A stretch of 64,000 nucleotides of DNA from a bacterium (GTDB taxonomy: Bacteria > UBA8248): assembly GCA_965213685.1 (NCBI GenBank), contig CBDBZY010000064.1, positions 1-64,000 on the forward strand. The letters run 5' to 3'. Of this stretch, positions 1-19,825 are shown in pieces. A program made the translations under genes and the position numbers. The first letter of the stretch is position 1. Every line of letters starts with the position of its first letter. The notes under the pieces are model-generated. The model ran no database searches and was not told the DNA's origin. It worked only from the letters and a program-made list of their open reading frames with translations.

Positions 1-10
1 ATGAATCTTT

Positions 11-3000
11 TCATCCCAACAAGTCTTTTGAAATAATTCTCTTCATAATTTCATTAGTTCCTACAGGAAATGGAACGGCAATAATTAGACTGTAGCTGTT
101 GACATACCCAGCAGTTGATTACAGGGTCTCACCCTCCAATATTTTGTGCACACGAGTGTCCCTCATGTACTGCTGTACTGGGTAGTCCTTCAGATAGCCA
201 TAACCACCGTGCAGCTGTAGGGCTTCATTGGTGATGTCGTAGCATGTATCAGTGGCGGCCAGTTTGGCCATGGCACACAACTGTACTGTGTTGGGTGCTG
301 ATGAGTCGAGGGCCCTGGCAGCGTGGCGCACCACGAGCCGCGAGGAGAGGAGACCGGTGGCCATCTCGGCAAGCTTGAAGCGAAGGTACTGGAAGGAAAG
401 GAGGAAGGAGAGATTGAGTGAGAAGAGAAATGAGGATTAGCAAGAGGGAATGGTGAAGGGAGGAGAGTGGAAAAGAAGGAAGTATTGAAACTACAATAAT
501 TTTTATTGAGTTTGTGGCAGTGGGGACCAATCTGCTTAATTTAATTACATTGGCATTGTGTACACAACAATCTTGTGGTGTTGATAATAATATTGGCATG
601 AGCACCTGGGGATGGATATGGTTGACTGAGGTGCATAAAGACAGACAACCTTCCATCCAGAGTACAAACCTGGACCCAGTGACTGGGAGTCCAGTGCACC
701 AAGCACCAAGCCATTACTCGGAACAAAAGTTTGTCTTCCCATTCTCCCTTTTGTGCTTCCACTGGCAAAGGCAAGCACATGTTTCTGGTTGACTCGGGCA
801 GAAAAAAGTATTGTGATGTGTATTCTAAAGGTGTGTAATCACACAACTTACTATGGCTATACTAATATAGTCATAGCTTTTGCTCAAACTCCTAATAATT
901 ACTGCACCACATAGCACAGTGCAGTGTTAGCACACATACCACTGTTTGCATTTTTACTGCACGTCACAACAGATTCATATACTTAGCAAGTCAGTGCAGT
1001 GTCCACAGTTGCAGCTATACATCATCCAGTGTGCCACACGCAGTGTGTTGCTGGCAGTGAGCATGAGAGCAAGGCCAGCTCACCTGAAACTCTGAGAGAG
1101 GCTGTCCAAATGCCACTCTACTCTTCAAGTGGGCGGTGGTCTGATCAATGGAGGCCCAGGCAGCTCCCAGACTGCAGGCAGCTATGCATGGTGGGAGGGC
1201 AAGGTACATGCATTATGATATTACACAACACATACACAAGAATGAGGGGACTATACAGTGGATCTGAAGCCCACTATGGCAGTACACCCCACCCACAATG
1301 AAATAAGCCACCCCTATATACATGTACATGCAATATTATACATGCATGTACATGAACAATCATATTATATAGTACACTACATTAGAAGAAAGGAGGAAGG
1401 AAAAGAAGGAAGAAAGAAAGAAAGAAACAAACACCAACAATTTACAACAGCCTCAAAGGCTTAGAAAAATATATATGTGTACACACTCCCAGCTTCAGCA
1501 GCTTAGAAAAATATTCATTCCATGTACAGGAAGTATATATTCATGTACATGTATGTATGATTAATAGCCTAATAGGTCATGTGAGGTGCAGATGAAGGTC
1601 ATCCACCAAAAATTTATTTGTGCTGTCACAGGAACCTTCTACTTATGGCTGTAGGTTGACACCACTGATTGCTCAGATCATGATGGGAGGGGAAAAATGT
1701 TCTCAGTAGCATAATAACTTCGCCAAGACCTGGAACACCTCCTTTAGCACAATAATTATATTACTCCTAAATCTGACCACCTTTCACTGCCAAAAGAAGC
1801 GTTACTTGCAGCCTAGACGTGACTAACTGTATCTCTCACAACCAAATCACTGTTACTGCCTCACCGATGTTGATCCTCCCTCCATTCAGACCTCTCATAG
1901 CAATCTGAAAGCCCTGCAGTGGAGATAAGACTTGAGATGTGATGTGATACCAGTAGCACCATGAGAAACATGCTACACACACCTGCCCCTCCGTTCCCAC
2001 CAAGTTCTCTGCTGGGACCTCACAGTCTTCGAAGAACACAATGCGAGTAGGATGAGAGTTCCACCCCACCTGGAGAGGGGGGGGGGAGGAGGAAAGGAGC
2101 AGGGAGAAAGGGAAGGAGTGGACAGAGGGTAGCCTCGTCCCCAGGCTCTCCTCCGCAAGCGTCATAACAATTGTGTGACCTTTGACCGCATGTGCAAAAA
2201 TTGCAGCCTAAACTTTGCAGGGTCAAAGGTCACAATGTTATTATTGCGCATGCGGCTGCAAAGCCTGGGAACGAGGCTAGACAGAGGGAGAAGGAGGATT
2301 GGAGGGAGGAGAGGCATCATGTGAAATAGCAGTTGGATATGTGGCAAGAGATCTATAGTGAGTTTCAAGCTTGATGGTGATAGCCCTTTGTAAACCGCAG
2401 GAATAGCTCCATGCATATGTGAACAATAATCTACATGTGTAGTATAAGCACGTAGCACTTACCCTCATCCCCAGGCTTCACAGCCACATGCGCAATAATA
2501 ACGTTGTGACCTTTGACCCTGCAAACTTTAGGCCAATTTTTGCGCGTGCGGTCAAAGGTCACACAATTGTTATGATGCTTGCAGGGGAGAGCCTGGGGAC
2601 GAGGCTACACAGCACTCACTGACAAGACTAAATACATGTACATGTACATGTAGCTCCATGCACAACAAGGCATACATGTACATACGTATGCATGTACATG
2701 TGCAGTATAAGCATAAGGCACTCACTCACATGACTCTGTCTGTACTCACAGGTACATACCTTTTTGTCTTTACCTCCAAAATTGAGTCCAGGTGAGTCCT
2801 TGTCCACTATGAAACATGAGATACCCGAGGGCCCTGAAATCAGAGGAACAGTGTCACACTACACTCCACATGTATATTGCTACACATCATGTAAACACCA
2901 CACTATATTCACTATTGCTCTGCTCCCTTCCAATGATGAGGTGACAGTCTGTACTATCCCTGACCTGGTCCACCAGTTCTGGCCATGACAATGTACACAT

Positions 3001-5538
3001 CGGACTGGCCAGCTCCACTGATGAAGGACTTGGAGCCATTCAGTATGTAGCTGTCCCCCTCCCGTACTGCTCTGGTCTCTAGACTTGCTGCGTCACTGCC
3101 ATGGTCTGGCTCCGTGAGACAGTATGAGGAAAACAGCTGGATGCACAGGGGAGGAGGGGAAGGAAGGAGATGACATACATTGTGTATACTGGGAGAGTTA
3201 AGTGCAACATTTATGCCTGTACATTGTAAATGATGAAGTGTGAGTGAGTGGGAAGTGTGGCAATGATTTTTATCTTGTTACAACATGCAAACTTAGTCAT
3301 AGAGACAAGACAATGCACAGCAACTACATGTATGCACGTGCATGTGCATGTGCATGTGCATGTACATGTACAGATATGTGCAGGATGTGCAATACCCACA
3401 CTCCCAGTCACCCCAGTGCAGCTGATGAGGCGCATAATGAGAGCAATGTGAGGAAAGAACTGGAGATTTCAGCATGATGCGAATGAGCCTTAGGAAGGTG
3501 TTTCGTGTGTATGAACATAGGGCAAGCATTGCTCTACACCGGTAGTGCTTACCTCCATGGAACACAGCTGAGGAACATAGTGTTTCCTCTGCTCCTCATT
3601 ACCAAACTCATCGATCATCCAAGCACACATGCTGCATGGAACAGCATGGAATGGGAGGAAGAAGGGAGGAGAAGGAGCAGCAGGAGGAGCAGCAGGAGGA
3701 GAAGGAGGAGGAGGAGGAGGAGGAGCAGCAGGAGGAGCAGGAGGAGGAGGAGCAGGAGCAGCAGGAGGAGCAGGAGGAGGAGGGAGGAAAAACAAGAGGA
3801 AAGAGATGGGGAGGTAAGAGATAAGAAGGTAGATGGAACAGAGGTGGAAGGAGGAAGGGAAGGAGAATGGAATATGAATGACCGAATCATAACCAGAGAA
3901 GATGAGAGAATACAGAATATAATAATTACTATATATGCATGAACATGCACATCTGCACATGTATTCACCTAGGCCAGGAACAAGCTACTATATAATATAA
4001 TACTTCCTGGAACGTATGCACATGTACATGTACATGTATGAAACACCACAAAAATGTAGTGTACCAGGTACATTGTACATACAGGTACATGTAGAGTCCA
4101 CTCACTTGTGGATGCTGATGTATGCTGTGGTGCTCACACAGCCAGTGGCCATAGCCTCGAATATCACGGCTGCGTCCAGCCGACTCAGGCCACTCCCACC
4201 CACATCCTCACGCACGTACACTCCCCCAAACCCCAGGCCAGCTGCACGACGACACACGTCAGCTGGGAATATCTCCTGCACGCAAGGGAGAGAGAAGTGG
4301 GAGAAAATATGCACCGTGTGGACAGAATGATGTCCTGTTGACCTTACATGTGTATTTCACTGTATACATGAGGAAACATACAGAGTGATATTGAGAATTG
4401 TGAAGGCTGGCTGTTACCCGGTGGCCATAGCTCAGGTGGTAGAGCACTGACAGCTTAAGTCAGAGGCCCTCGATTCAATCCTGGGTGGCTGCCAGTTTTC
4501 ACAGTTCTCTAAACATTTCTGAGCCTTTCCATCATGTTCATGTACATGTACACTGTACATGAGAATTGTGAGGGCTGGCTGTCACCTGGTGGCCATAGCT
4601 CAGGTGGTAGAGCACTGACAGTTTAAGTTAGAAGCCCCGGTTCAATTCGGGTGCCTGCCGATTTTCCAGTTCTCTACAATATTCCTAAGCCTTTTCATCA
4701 TGTATAACTACATGTATGTCAGTTATGTATGGCTAGTGATACACTTTCAGTAGCATGTATCTCTATCTTTGCAAGTTCATAGCACATAATGAGCACAGGT
4801 GCCATAATACTAGCACACACACCCTCCCTCTCTCCACCCCCTTCCTGCGTCCATACCTCCCCCTCTGACCTGCTCGTCCCACTCCTTCATGTTGGGGGCC
4901 ATTTCCTTCTGGGCAAACTCCAGAGCCACCTTCTGGAAGTGCCTCTGCTCTTCGTTGAGCCCATCCCCAGCTTGAGGTCAAAGTGCAAGGTGCAAGGTTC
5001 ACATCTGCTCCCACATGTCATGTAAGTACACAATACAATGTACCTCATTTCTTTATTAAAGTTGCAAGCCTTGTATTAATAATGACAGTTCACTAAGTAC
5101 CCTAACTACCAAACACCCCCACACTGTACTACATGGCACATTCATCAGCAGACCTTCTCCAGTGGGGATATCTACTGGTAATCACACGGTACGAGTGTGC
5201 GTGCTGTGTACATGTAACTGAGACTGCATGTTTTGCGATTCCTACCGTCAGGTGAGTTATGAAATACACTAAGCAACGTGTGAATTTAGTATCTCTCTGA
5301 CCGTTTAATCCTAGATTATAATAGCCTACGGCATCTAGGGTTTAATCATAGTATAGACGTTGTCTATACTATCTACAGTTTAATTGAGTCTGTATTGACA
5401 CCAACTAGAAAGTCACGTGCCCGTCCACAACTTACGGTCTAGGCAGGAGTTGTAGCGTTGGGAAGTAGAGAAGGTCTGCAACCTGAAAGCTCTCCGACAG
5501 AGCGCCCTACAGCACGCTCCCCGAAACAACGCTGCCAT
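11..5538 (-). CDS. ACAD8: Isobutyryl-CoA dehydrogenase, mitochondrial (acyl-CoA dehydrogenase family), 11 coding exons
   Basis: Exons joined at GT-AG sites in frame: 5538-5436, 4970-4870, 4275-4106, 3631-3553, 3136-2965, 2833-2760, 2069-1983, 1913-1865, 1181-1084, 388-133, 60-11. Translation [16 protein letters not shown] (Arg-rich transit peptide)...[124 protein letters not shown] follows ACAD8 motif for motif. Confidence 0.95.
660..795 (-). mobile_element. SINE-like repeat (same family as 39140-39785 and 50975-51390) in ACAD8 intron
   Basis: Reverse complement matches GTAATGGCCTGGTGCTTAGTGTACTGGACTCCCAGTCTCTGGGTCCAGG at about 39672 and 51274. Confidence 0.6.
2130..2279. mobile_element. Non-autonomous TIR element (TAG...CTA, 9-bp TSD; Academ/AcademH-like)
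   Basis: TAGCCTCGTCCCCAGGC ... GCCTGGGAACGAGGCTA, flanked by a perfect GACAGAGGG direct repeat. Confidence 0.8.
2460..2607. mobile_element. Second copy of the TAG...CTA MITE, opposite orientation
   Basis: TACCCTCATCCCCAGGC ... GCCTGGGGACGAGGCTA; degenerate TSD CGTAGCACT/CACAGCACT; body is the reverse complement of 2130-2279. Confidence 0.75.
3670..3785. repeat. (GGA/GCA)n trinucleotide microsatellite in ACAD8 intron
   Basis: Direct reading; it explains the poly-L/P/E/R/G ORFs in the track. Confidence 0.95.
4394..4700 (+). mobile_element. Two tandem tRNA(Lys)-derived SINE copies
   Basis: Units about 4394-4540 and 4562-4700: GGTGGCCATAGCTCAGGTGGTAGAGCACTGACAG(C/T)TTAAGT.AGA..CCC...TTCAAT followed by a shared non-tRNA tail CAGTTCTCTA. 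Further copies at 15682-15825 and 16858-16991. Confidence 0.8.
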
Positions 5539-5570
5539 TTCAGCAAGTTTTGGCCCTGCCTCCTTTCCCT

Positions 5571-5628
5571 GGCCCCACCCACGAACACGCAGGCGCAGTT
5601 TGCGCATGCGTGGAACTACTCTCTAGCC
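5571..5628. promoter_or_regulatory. Putative ACAD8 proximal promoter: GC/KLF box, NRF1-like TGCGCATGCG, ACTAC (Staf/ZNF143-associated)-like motif
   Basis: GGCCCCACCC at 5571-5580, TGCGCATGCG at 5601-5610 and GGAACTACTCTCTAGC at 5612-5627, all within about 90 bp upstream of the ACAD8 ATG. Motif match only. Confidence 0.45.
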
Positions 5629-5820
5629 TGGCCACCGAGGCCAACGCCCCTGCCCGGTGCGTGACCTGAAAGATCCAGAAATCCCAATCATCGAACACTT
5701 CTTGAGAGAGCATAACAGGGATAGTTGCATCAACTTTGACTCTACAGACCACCTCCCATCTCTCCTGTCGGGAACTGATGCCTGCTTTGTATATACCGGT
5801 AGGTTTTGGAACCTATTTAA

Positions 5821-6186
5821 GGCAGGACGACCCTAAGACATGATTTTGCCTGATTTATGTTTTATTGTATTCTCCTAATGATGCCTGTTAGCGAAATAAC
5901 GTAGTTTTGCGTGATATGTCGGTTCATAGAATTATAAAATTTACGCAATATGCATATCGCTAATTATAGAAAAAAAATTGCCAATAACGGCTAATGCTGC
6001 AGAGACGAAACTTCGGTGGATGATTACTAAGCACGTTGGCTATCTAAGTTTGCTTTAAAAATCCGTGCTAAATCTTTCTTTCTAGACATATAATCGTTTT
6101 CTTCGTGCTGCAGAATTTAGGAAAACGGTAGCAAATTCTACCGTAAAGTAGCAAGCCAAGCCTCGAGCAACCCATTGCGCATAAAG
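5821..6186 (+). mobile_element. Truncated TTAA-flanked Kolobok-like element end (inverted copy of about 63103-63467)
   Basis: TTAA|GGCAGGACGACCCTAAGACATG...; about 365 bp nearly identical to the reverse complement of the right part of the element at 62895-63467. Confidence 0.75.
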
Positions 6187-6286
6187 GCTTTGCTCATCAA
6201 GTTCGAAAACAGGATGAGCAGCATGTTGGTGCACGTATCCGATGTCAAAAGTCAAAAGTTCATGGAAGCCCTACGTGGAACACAGC

Positions 6287-9037
6287 TGCCTGCTACAACC
6301 AGGCCTCGTCTCCAGCGAGACTAGTGAGACGGCGATAGGGCTTGTAAGCTAGACCATACATGTAGATAAACGAGAGGCAAGCGGCCTTACTAGAAAGACG
6401 GAGGATAGGGCTCATCGTGCTGCCCTGTTAAATTTCGAAGCTAGAGAAGTACGATTGCAACGACTTAGCTTCAGTCTAGCCTCGTCCCCAGGCTTCGCAG
6501 CCGCACGCGCAATAATAACGTTGTGACTTTTGACCCTGCAAACTTTAGGCTGCGCGTGCGATCAAAGGTCACGCAATTATTATGACGCTTGCGGGAGGAG
6601 AGCCTGGGGACGAGGCTAGCTTCAGTCAATAGCAGAGATTACACTCAGAAATTCCAGAGCAGAGAGCAGCCCATCTGCGGCAGGCTACATTCAACTAGCA
6701 TTAGAGACACTGGCCTCCGAGACTCGGGAGCACAGAGCAGCCCGTCTGCATTCAACCAACATTAGAGACTGGCCTCCAAGACTCGGGAAGAGAGGACAGC
6801 TCGTATACAACCATGCAGGAGTAGGAAACAAGAGACCCAAGCTGCCAAAACTGATGCAGAGAGAAGAAGTAACCGACTCCAGCAGGATCAAGATTATCAC
6901 AGATACCACTGAACTATAGATTACCAATCATCAGTCTTTCACCAGCCTCCTGTTTGTTCTAAGATTGCATTCTCACACAGTGACACTTGCAGTTTCCAAG
7001 TATATACATTCCCCAGAATGAATGTGAAAGCCATCTCTTGTAGCATTACTCATGCGGTTATCCATTGGAGGAACTCCCATCAACGAGTTCACTACTCAAG
7101 GCTACTTCTCCTCTGCCTTCCCCACTCTCTTCCCCATTGCATGGTGCAGCTGAAGCTAGAAAAAAATGGAGGATGGCAACTAGAGACAATAAGTAAAATG
7201 ATGCGCACACACACACCTCCTTAGCAGTCTAAACACAGTGACCATGGACATTAACTTTGTTTCTGTACAGCCACCAAAATGCCAGTTTTAGGGAAGATCA
7301 ATCAAGGTGCAAAAATTCAAAACGTCAATGGAAGTAGATAATCTCATTACAGGAGCTGGCCCGCTCCCGCTCACCCGGTTTACTTTGAGAGAACTGCAGC
7401 TAGGGAAGGAGATGCACCTTTCAACCAGACCATGCCTCCGGAAGAGAGCGAGAGGGGGAGCTAGGCAGCTGCCTGTTACAACCAGGCCTCGTCTTCAGTG
7501 AGACTAGTGAGATGGAGACTTCGCGATAACGCTCGTCATGTTGCCCATGCACTCAAGCTAGACAAGCGGCCGTACTAAAAAGATTGAGAATTCGCGTTAT
7601 GGCTCATCGTGCTGTCCAGTCGACTTTCAAAGCTAGCAACTTAGCTTCAGTTAACAGCAGAGATTAGCCACAGAGACTTGAGAGAGCAATCCGTCTACAG
7701 CAAGCTTCATTCAACCAAGATCAGAGATTGCCCTCTGAAACTAGGGAGGAGAGGGTAGCTCATCTACAACAGAGCAGGAGTGTGCAACAAGAGACCTGAG
7801 CTGTGGAAATGGATGCAGAGAGAGTAATAGACTCCAGCAGGATCAGATTGACTTCCAATCATCACTCTTTCACCAGCCTGCTGTTCATTCTAAGATAGCC
7901 GGGTTTCATTCTCACCTGGTGGCACTTAAGGTAACCAAGTGCAGTACTTGTCTGGAGAGATTCCCCAGAATGAGTATCAAAGCTACCTCTCCTAAGTGCA
8001 TACACCGTACACAGGACAAGCAAATTCCCAATGTGCAAACAACATGAATCCTGGCCCTGTTCCTCCTCAGCTGCAGATTAGTATATAGATGTTACATACT
8101 CCTGTCTAATACCAAGTATGTAGGTGTGTCCTACTTAATCTGAACACACCCACACTGACATTTGATATACATATGTATTACTTAATGCACTTTTGTATAC
8201 AGGGGGCCGGGAGATGTTGATTAAACCTATCATGTCCATATACAGGTTGCCTCAACAACAGTATGGCTATGGTCAGCATGTTATTAACTTGCCCCAAGAT
8301 GTGACATCATTTACCCATAGACTTCCTCAGCTATCCTCTGAGCTAGAGATCTTTAGTGTGAGAAAGCAAGGTGCCAATCACTCACATCAGAACTTTCGTG
8401 TGCAGTGCTGCAGTTGACCAAGCTCTTCAGTGGTTGTTATGTCACATCATGTACTATCATGCCAACCATGGTTGCATCAATTAGAGTGTACGTGCTCGAC
8501 TGCCACAAGATGGCAATCTCTCGAATCTTGCCTCTGTTGCACTAGACAGCCTGAAGAGAATGATGAGCCAGCAGCAGATGACCTTGACTGCCACAAGTCC
8601 CATCTTGCACAGTCCTGTTGCTATCCATTCAATGATGGAGCAAGATGCATTCAGTTCAGCAGTGGCAACCGAGCCAACTTGCAGATACTTCATCTGCAAC
8701 ACTCATGTGGCCATCCATCAACAGAACTCCCATCAATGAGTTCACTACGAAAGGCTATATACTTCTCCTGTGCCTTTCCCACTCTCTTCCCCACTGGTAC
8801 AGCAGCAGCTGGCAATGATCACACATCACCTTACATGCAGCCTCTACATACAATTTACCTCTAACCATGGACATTAACTTTGTTTCCATGTAGTCACCAA
8901 CAGGCCTCTTTAAGGGGATGTACATGTTGAAGAAGATCAATCGTAACATACAAACAATAAACCTTTTAAAATGTCAATGAAGATAGATAAATTCATTACA
9001 GTAGCTGGCTCGCCCACAACGCTCTGCAGTAGCCTAG
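6287..9037 (+). mobile_element. Degenerate Helitron/Helentron RepHel remnant present as two tandem, partly deleted units
   Basis: Units start near 6287 and 7468 with the same CTGCCTG.TACAACCAGGCCTCGTC sequence. Frameshifted fragments: ET.EER.ARLQ-type repeats, NPGPVPPQLQ, EMLIKPIMSIYRLPQQQYGYGQHVINLPQDV...NFRV (DUF6570-like), PINEFTT...SCAFPTLFPTG (Helitron_like_N-type). Ends in ...GCCTAG|T at 9034-9038. Confidence 0.75.
6477..6618. mobile_element. TAG...CTA MITE nested in the Helitron remnant
   Basis: Perfect 9-bp TSD GCTTCAGTC on both sides; the second Helitron unit shows the empty site near 7640 (ACTTAGCTTCAGTTAACAGC). Confidence 0.85.
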
Positions 9038-9347
9038 TATATATATACATGTATATAGACAGCGCAGCCGTTGAGGCGACTAGGAGGGGCTCGCTCAGAC
9101 TCACCCCAATTACCATGGAATTGTTGCAGGGCATGTTCCATGCTTGTACACAGCCCATGTTTGCTTACATTTTGTATGTGGATGGCTCAAAATAAAAGGG
9201 AATGTTAATTATGTCAGTAACCTATACGTCTTTTGCTTATTCACACCCCACTATATATATTTGTATACCCTGCTTATGTAGAGATCACTTCCTACCATTG
9301 TTCCTTCCTTCTGTACTACAGCTGCAAGTGTGTCTCCTCACCAAACT

Positions 9348-11051
9348 ATGAAAGTGGGAGATTTCAGAGGGGCAATAATACTAGCGACAGTTGTGGTGGG
9401 TATCTTAGTATCTGTGTTGTACAGCACACTAGGAGATGTCAATGGCATTACTTTAATGAGAAGTGTAGACAGTAAGAAAGACAAGATTTCAAACACAAGT
9501 ATGACATCAGCTAATGTGAAGAAACAATTTAGATTTCCTATAGAAGACAAAAATTCACAACTTAACAGACACAAGAATCCATTGCAACATCCAAATATTC
9601 TGTACTTATTGGCTGATGACCTGGGCTATGGTGATGTGGAGTATAATGGAGGAAAGGCTAAGACACCAAATCTCAACCAAATGGCCCGAGGACCAAACAG
9701 TGTCCTCCTAATGAGGTTTTATTTGGGAGGTCCTGTTTGCTCACCAACCAGAGGCACTCTGTTGACAGGACATAACCACAATCGGTACTGTATCTGGCAC
9801 GCGGATCTGGGTGTTCCATGTAATGATGGCGAATGCCTCTGTTTTATGCCACTACCTACCTCTGAAGTAACACTGCCTGAACTTCTGAAGAACGAAGGCT
9901 ACAAAACTGCCATATTTGGGAAATGGCATGTTGGTGATTTGAAAGTTATTGAAGGGGGTAACAAGAAGTGGCCTGTGTCCCATCCTGGCATGCATGGTTT
10001 TGACCAGTGGTTAGTAACTGAAAGAGACACATCCTCAGTGGCACCAAACTGCCGATGCTCTGAACACTTCAATTGCACTGTTGAGAAGAGATGGTACCAA
10101 CACAAAACTTGCAGAGATTATCACTACATGGATATGGAGTCAAAAACATTGCAGGCCTACAATGACTCCATAGCTGGAGATTCAGATTTCATTGTGGACA
10201 TGTTTGAGAAATATCTTCAAGAATCGCATTCTAATGAAAAGCCATTTTTTGTTATACTTGCATTTCATGACGTGCATTACCGGTACTATGCTCTTGATCC
10301 CTACTACACTATGTACAGAAAACAAGGTTACTCAGGAGATGTTACCCATTACTATGGAGCTATATCGCAACTGGACCAAGCAATAGGGAGAGTCAGAGGT
10401 TTACTGGAAACATATGGCATTAAGAACAACACATTTGTGTGGTTCTCAAGTGACAATGGCCCACAGAAAGGCACTCCAGGCTCTACAGCTGGTTTGAGAG
10501 GAGAGAAAGGGACAGTGTTTGAAGGTGGTATTCGAGTGCCTGCAATATTAGAATGGCCAGCAGTGATTAAAGCCAATCGAAAGTCCAATTATCCTGTGGT
10601 GACAAATGACCTGCTACCGACTGTGTGTGATATCCTTGGCATTGATCCTCCTCAAGATCGACCAATAGACGGTGTTTCTATCCTACCATTTCTCAAAGGA
10701 GATGTCAATTATCGCAATAGTTCAATTGCATTTGCCTTTCACATTAAAAAGGGAGATTTAAACTCATCTTTCAATGGTGCAGTATTACAAGACTCACAGA
10801 AACTTGTTGTTGAGTACAATAAAGGAAACGTACAGAGTGTCAATCTTTACAATGTGGTAGCTGATCCTAAAGAAACAACTGATATATCTGACCAGCACAC
10901 TGACATTGTACCAGTGTTGAAACAAAAGCTACAAGACTTTCTTCAGTCAGTAAACAAAAGTGCTACAGACATAGGTTGCATATCCACACATGATAGAAGG
11001 CCATCAGAGATGTTTAGTGGTAAATGTGGTTGTCCTGGAAGTTGGATCTAA
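9348..11051 (+). CDS. Formylglycine-dependent (S1) sulfatase, copy 1; single coding exon, N-terminal signal-anchor (arylsulfatase / GalNAc-6-sulfatase-like)
   Basis: Uninterrupted ORF from ATG 9348 with PNILYLLADDLGYGD, CSPTRGTLLTG, GYKTAIFGKWH, HGFD, SDNG, KGTVFEGGIRVP, DLLPT, IDGVS and LYNVVADPKET motifs. Hydrophobic IILATVVVGILVSVLY near the N terminus. Probable 5'UTR acceptor ...CTGTACTACAG ending at 9321. Confidence 0.92.
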   Translation: MKVGDFRGAIILATVVVGILVSVLYSTLGDVNGITLMRSVDSKKDKISNTSMTSANVKKQFRFPIEDKNSQLNRHKNPLQHPNILYLLADDLGYGDVEYNGGKAKTPNLNQMARGPNSVLLMRFYLGGPVCSPTRGTLLTGHNHNRYCIWHADLGVPCNDGECLCFMPLPTSEVTLPELLKNEGYKTAIFGKWHVGDLKVIEGGNKKWPVSHPGMHGFDQWLVTERDTSSVAPNCRCSEHFNCTVEKRWYQHKTCRDYHYMDMESKTLQAYNDSIAGDSDFIVDMFEKYLQESHSNEKPFFVILAFHDVHYRYYALDPYYTMYRKQGYSGDVTHYYGAISQLDQAIGRVRGLLETYGIKNNTFVWFSSDNGPQKGTPGSTAGLRGEKGTVFEGGIRVPAILEWPAVIKANRKSNYPVVTNDLLPTVCDILGIDPPQDRPIDGVSILPFLKGDVNYRNSSIAFAFHIKKGDLNSSFNGAVLQDSQKLVVEYNKGNVQSVNLYNVVADPKETTDISDQHTDIVPVLKQKLQDFLQSVNKSATDIGCISTHDRRPSEMFSGKCGCPGSWI

Positions 11052-11863
11052 AGCCTGCACTATACATCATTTTTACAGTACAGTAAATTCTGATTTATGT
11101 TGCCCACTATCACCAGTATGCATTCACATGACTTATTGTGTAATGCACTGCCACATGTACATGTTTGTAAGTAACTGGCATGGCAGAGCAGAGAGCTCTT
11201 ATTACAGGCTGTGGAGTGCTAAGGGGATCCCACCTGGACCATACAGACCTGGGCACCTAGCAAAGGCTGGTTTTGTCACTGATTTCTTTGCTATGTTGCA
11301 CTTACCACTCCTGATGTACACTGAACATTGAACATCATACATGTCTATAGCTCATTGAGCTATATACATGCTACAGCGTACATACAAGTGACTTTGTATA
11401 CCAGCGTCTAGAACCGTTCCACTCAACAGGCATTTGAGATGTCACATGAGCGGAACACTAGCACTACCATTCTAGAGGCTGGTATACAGTCACTTATATG
11501 TAAGCTGCAGCACGTATATAGCTCTGAATGAAGTGTAGAGCCTTTGTATAAGAGTCCTGCAAGAAAACATGATGTTCCAGCAGTGTCTACTAGAGTTTGT
11601 CTACATACATGTATACATACATGTATATACACATAGCTAATATAATTCAGTTTGTCAAGCATACCCATGTAAGTACTTCTACTGCATTCTCTGTGCGCAG
11701 GAAGCTCTTAGCTATAATCATATTACCCTAGGTCACATAATTATGGTGTGTGTACCACTAACGAGTCAGTGGTCACCAGGTGTACGTGTAGGTCTATCCA
11801 TAGATAATTAACCTTACGTACCGCAGGTCATTAGCGCACACTGCGCGTGCTCGAAAATTCAGC

Positions 11864-19825
<7,962 letters not shown>

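Noticed and set aside
3490-3968. Poly-Pro/Leu/Glu/Arg ORFs
   Set aside because: Translations of an intronic GGA/GCA microsatellite; only 3553-3631 is a real ACAD8 exon.
4420-4492. Possible tRNA-Lys gene, including a CTA-anticodon (suppressor-like) copy at about 16900-16970
   Set aside because: Anticodon loops lack the conserved U33 context, anticodons vary among copies, and all share a non-tRNA tail, so these are SINEs.
9338-10588. Conserved antisense ORFs recurring over each sulfatase
   Set aside because: They recur only because the sense CDS copies are nearly identical.
9348-11051. Bacterial contamination or chimeric assembly as the source of the sulfatases
   Set aside because: They are embedded among host SINEs, MITEs and spliced genes, have a splice acceptor, signal-anchor and sequons, and were duplicated with host flanks.
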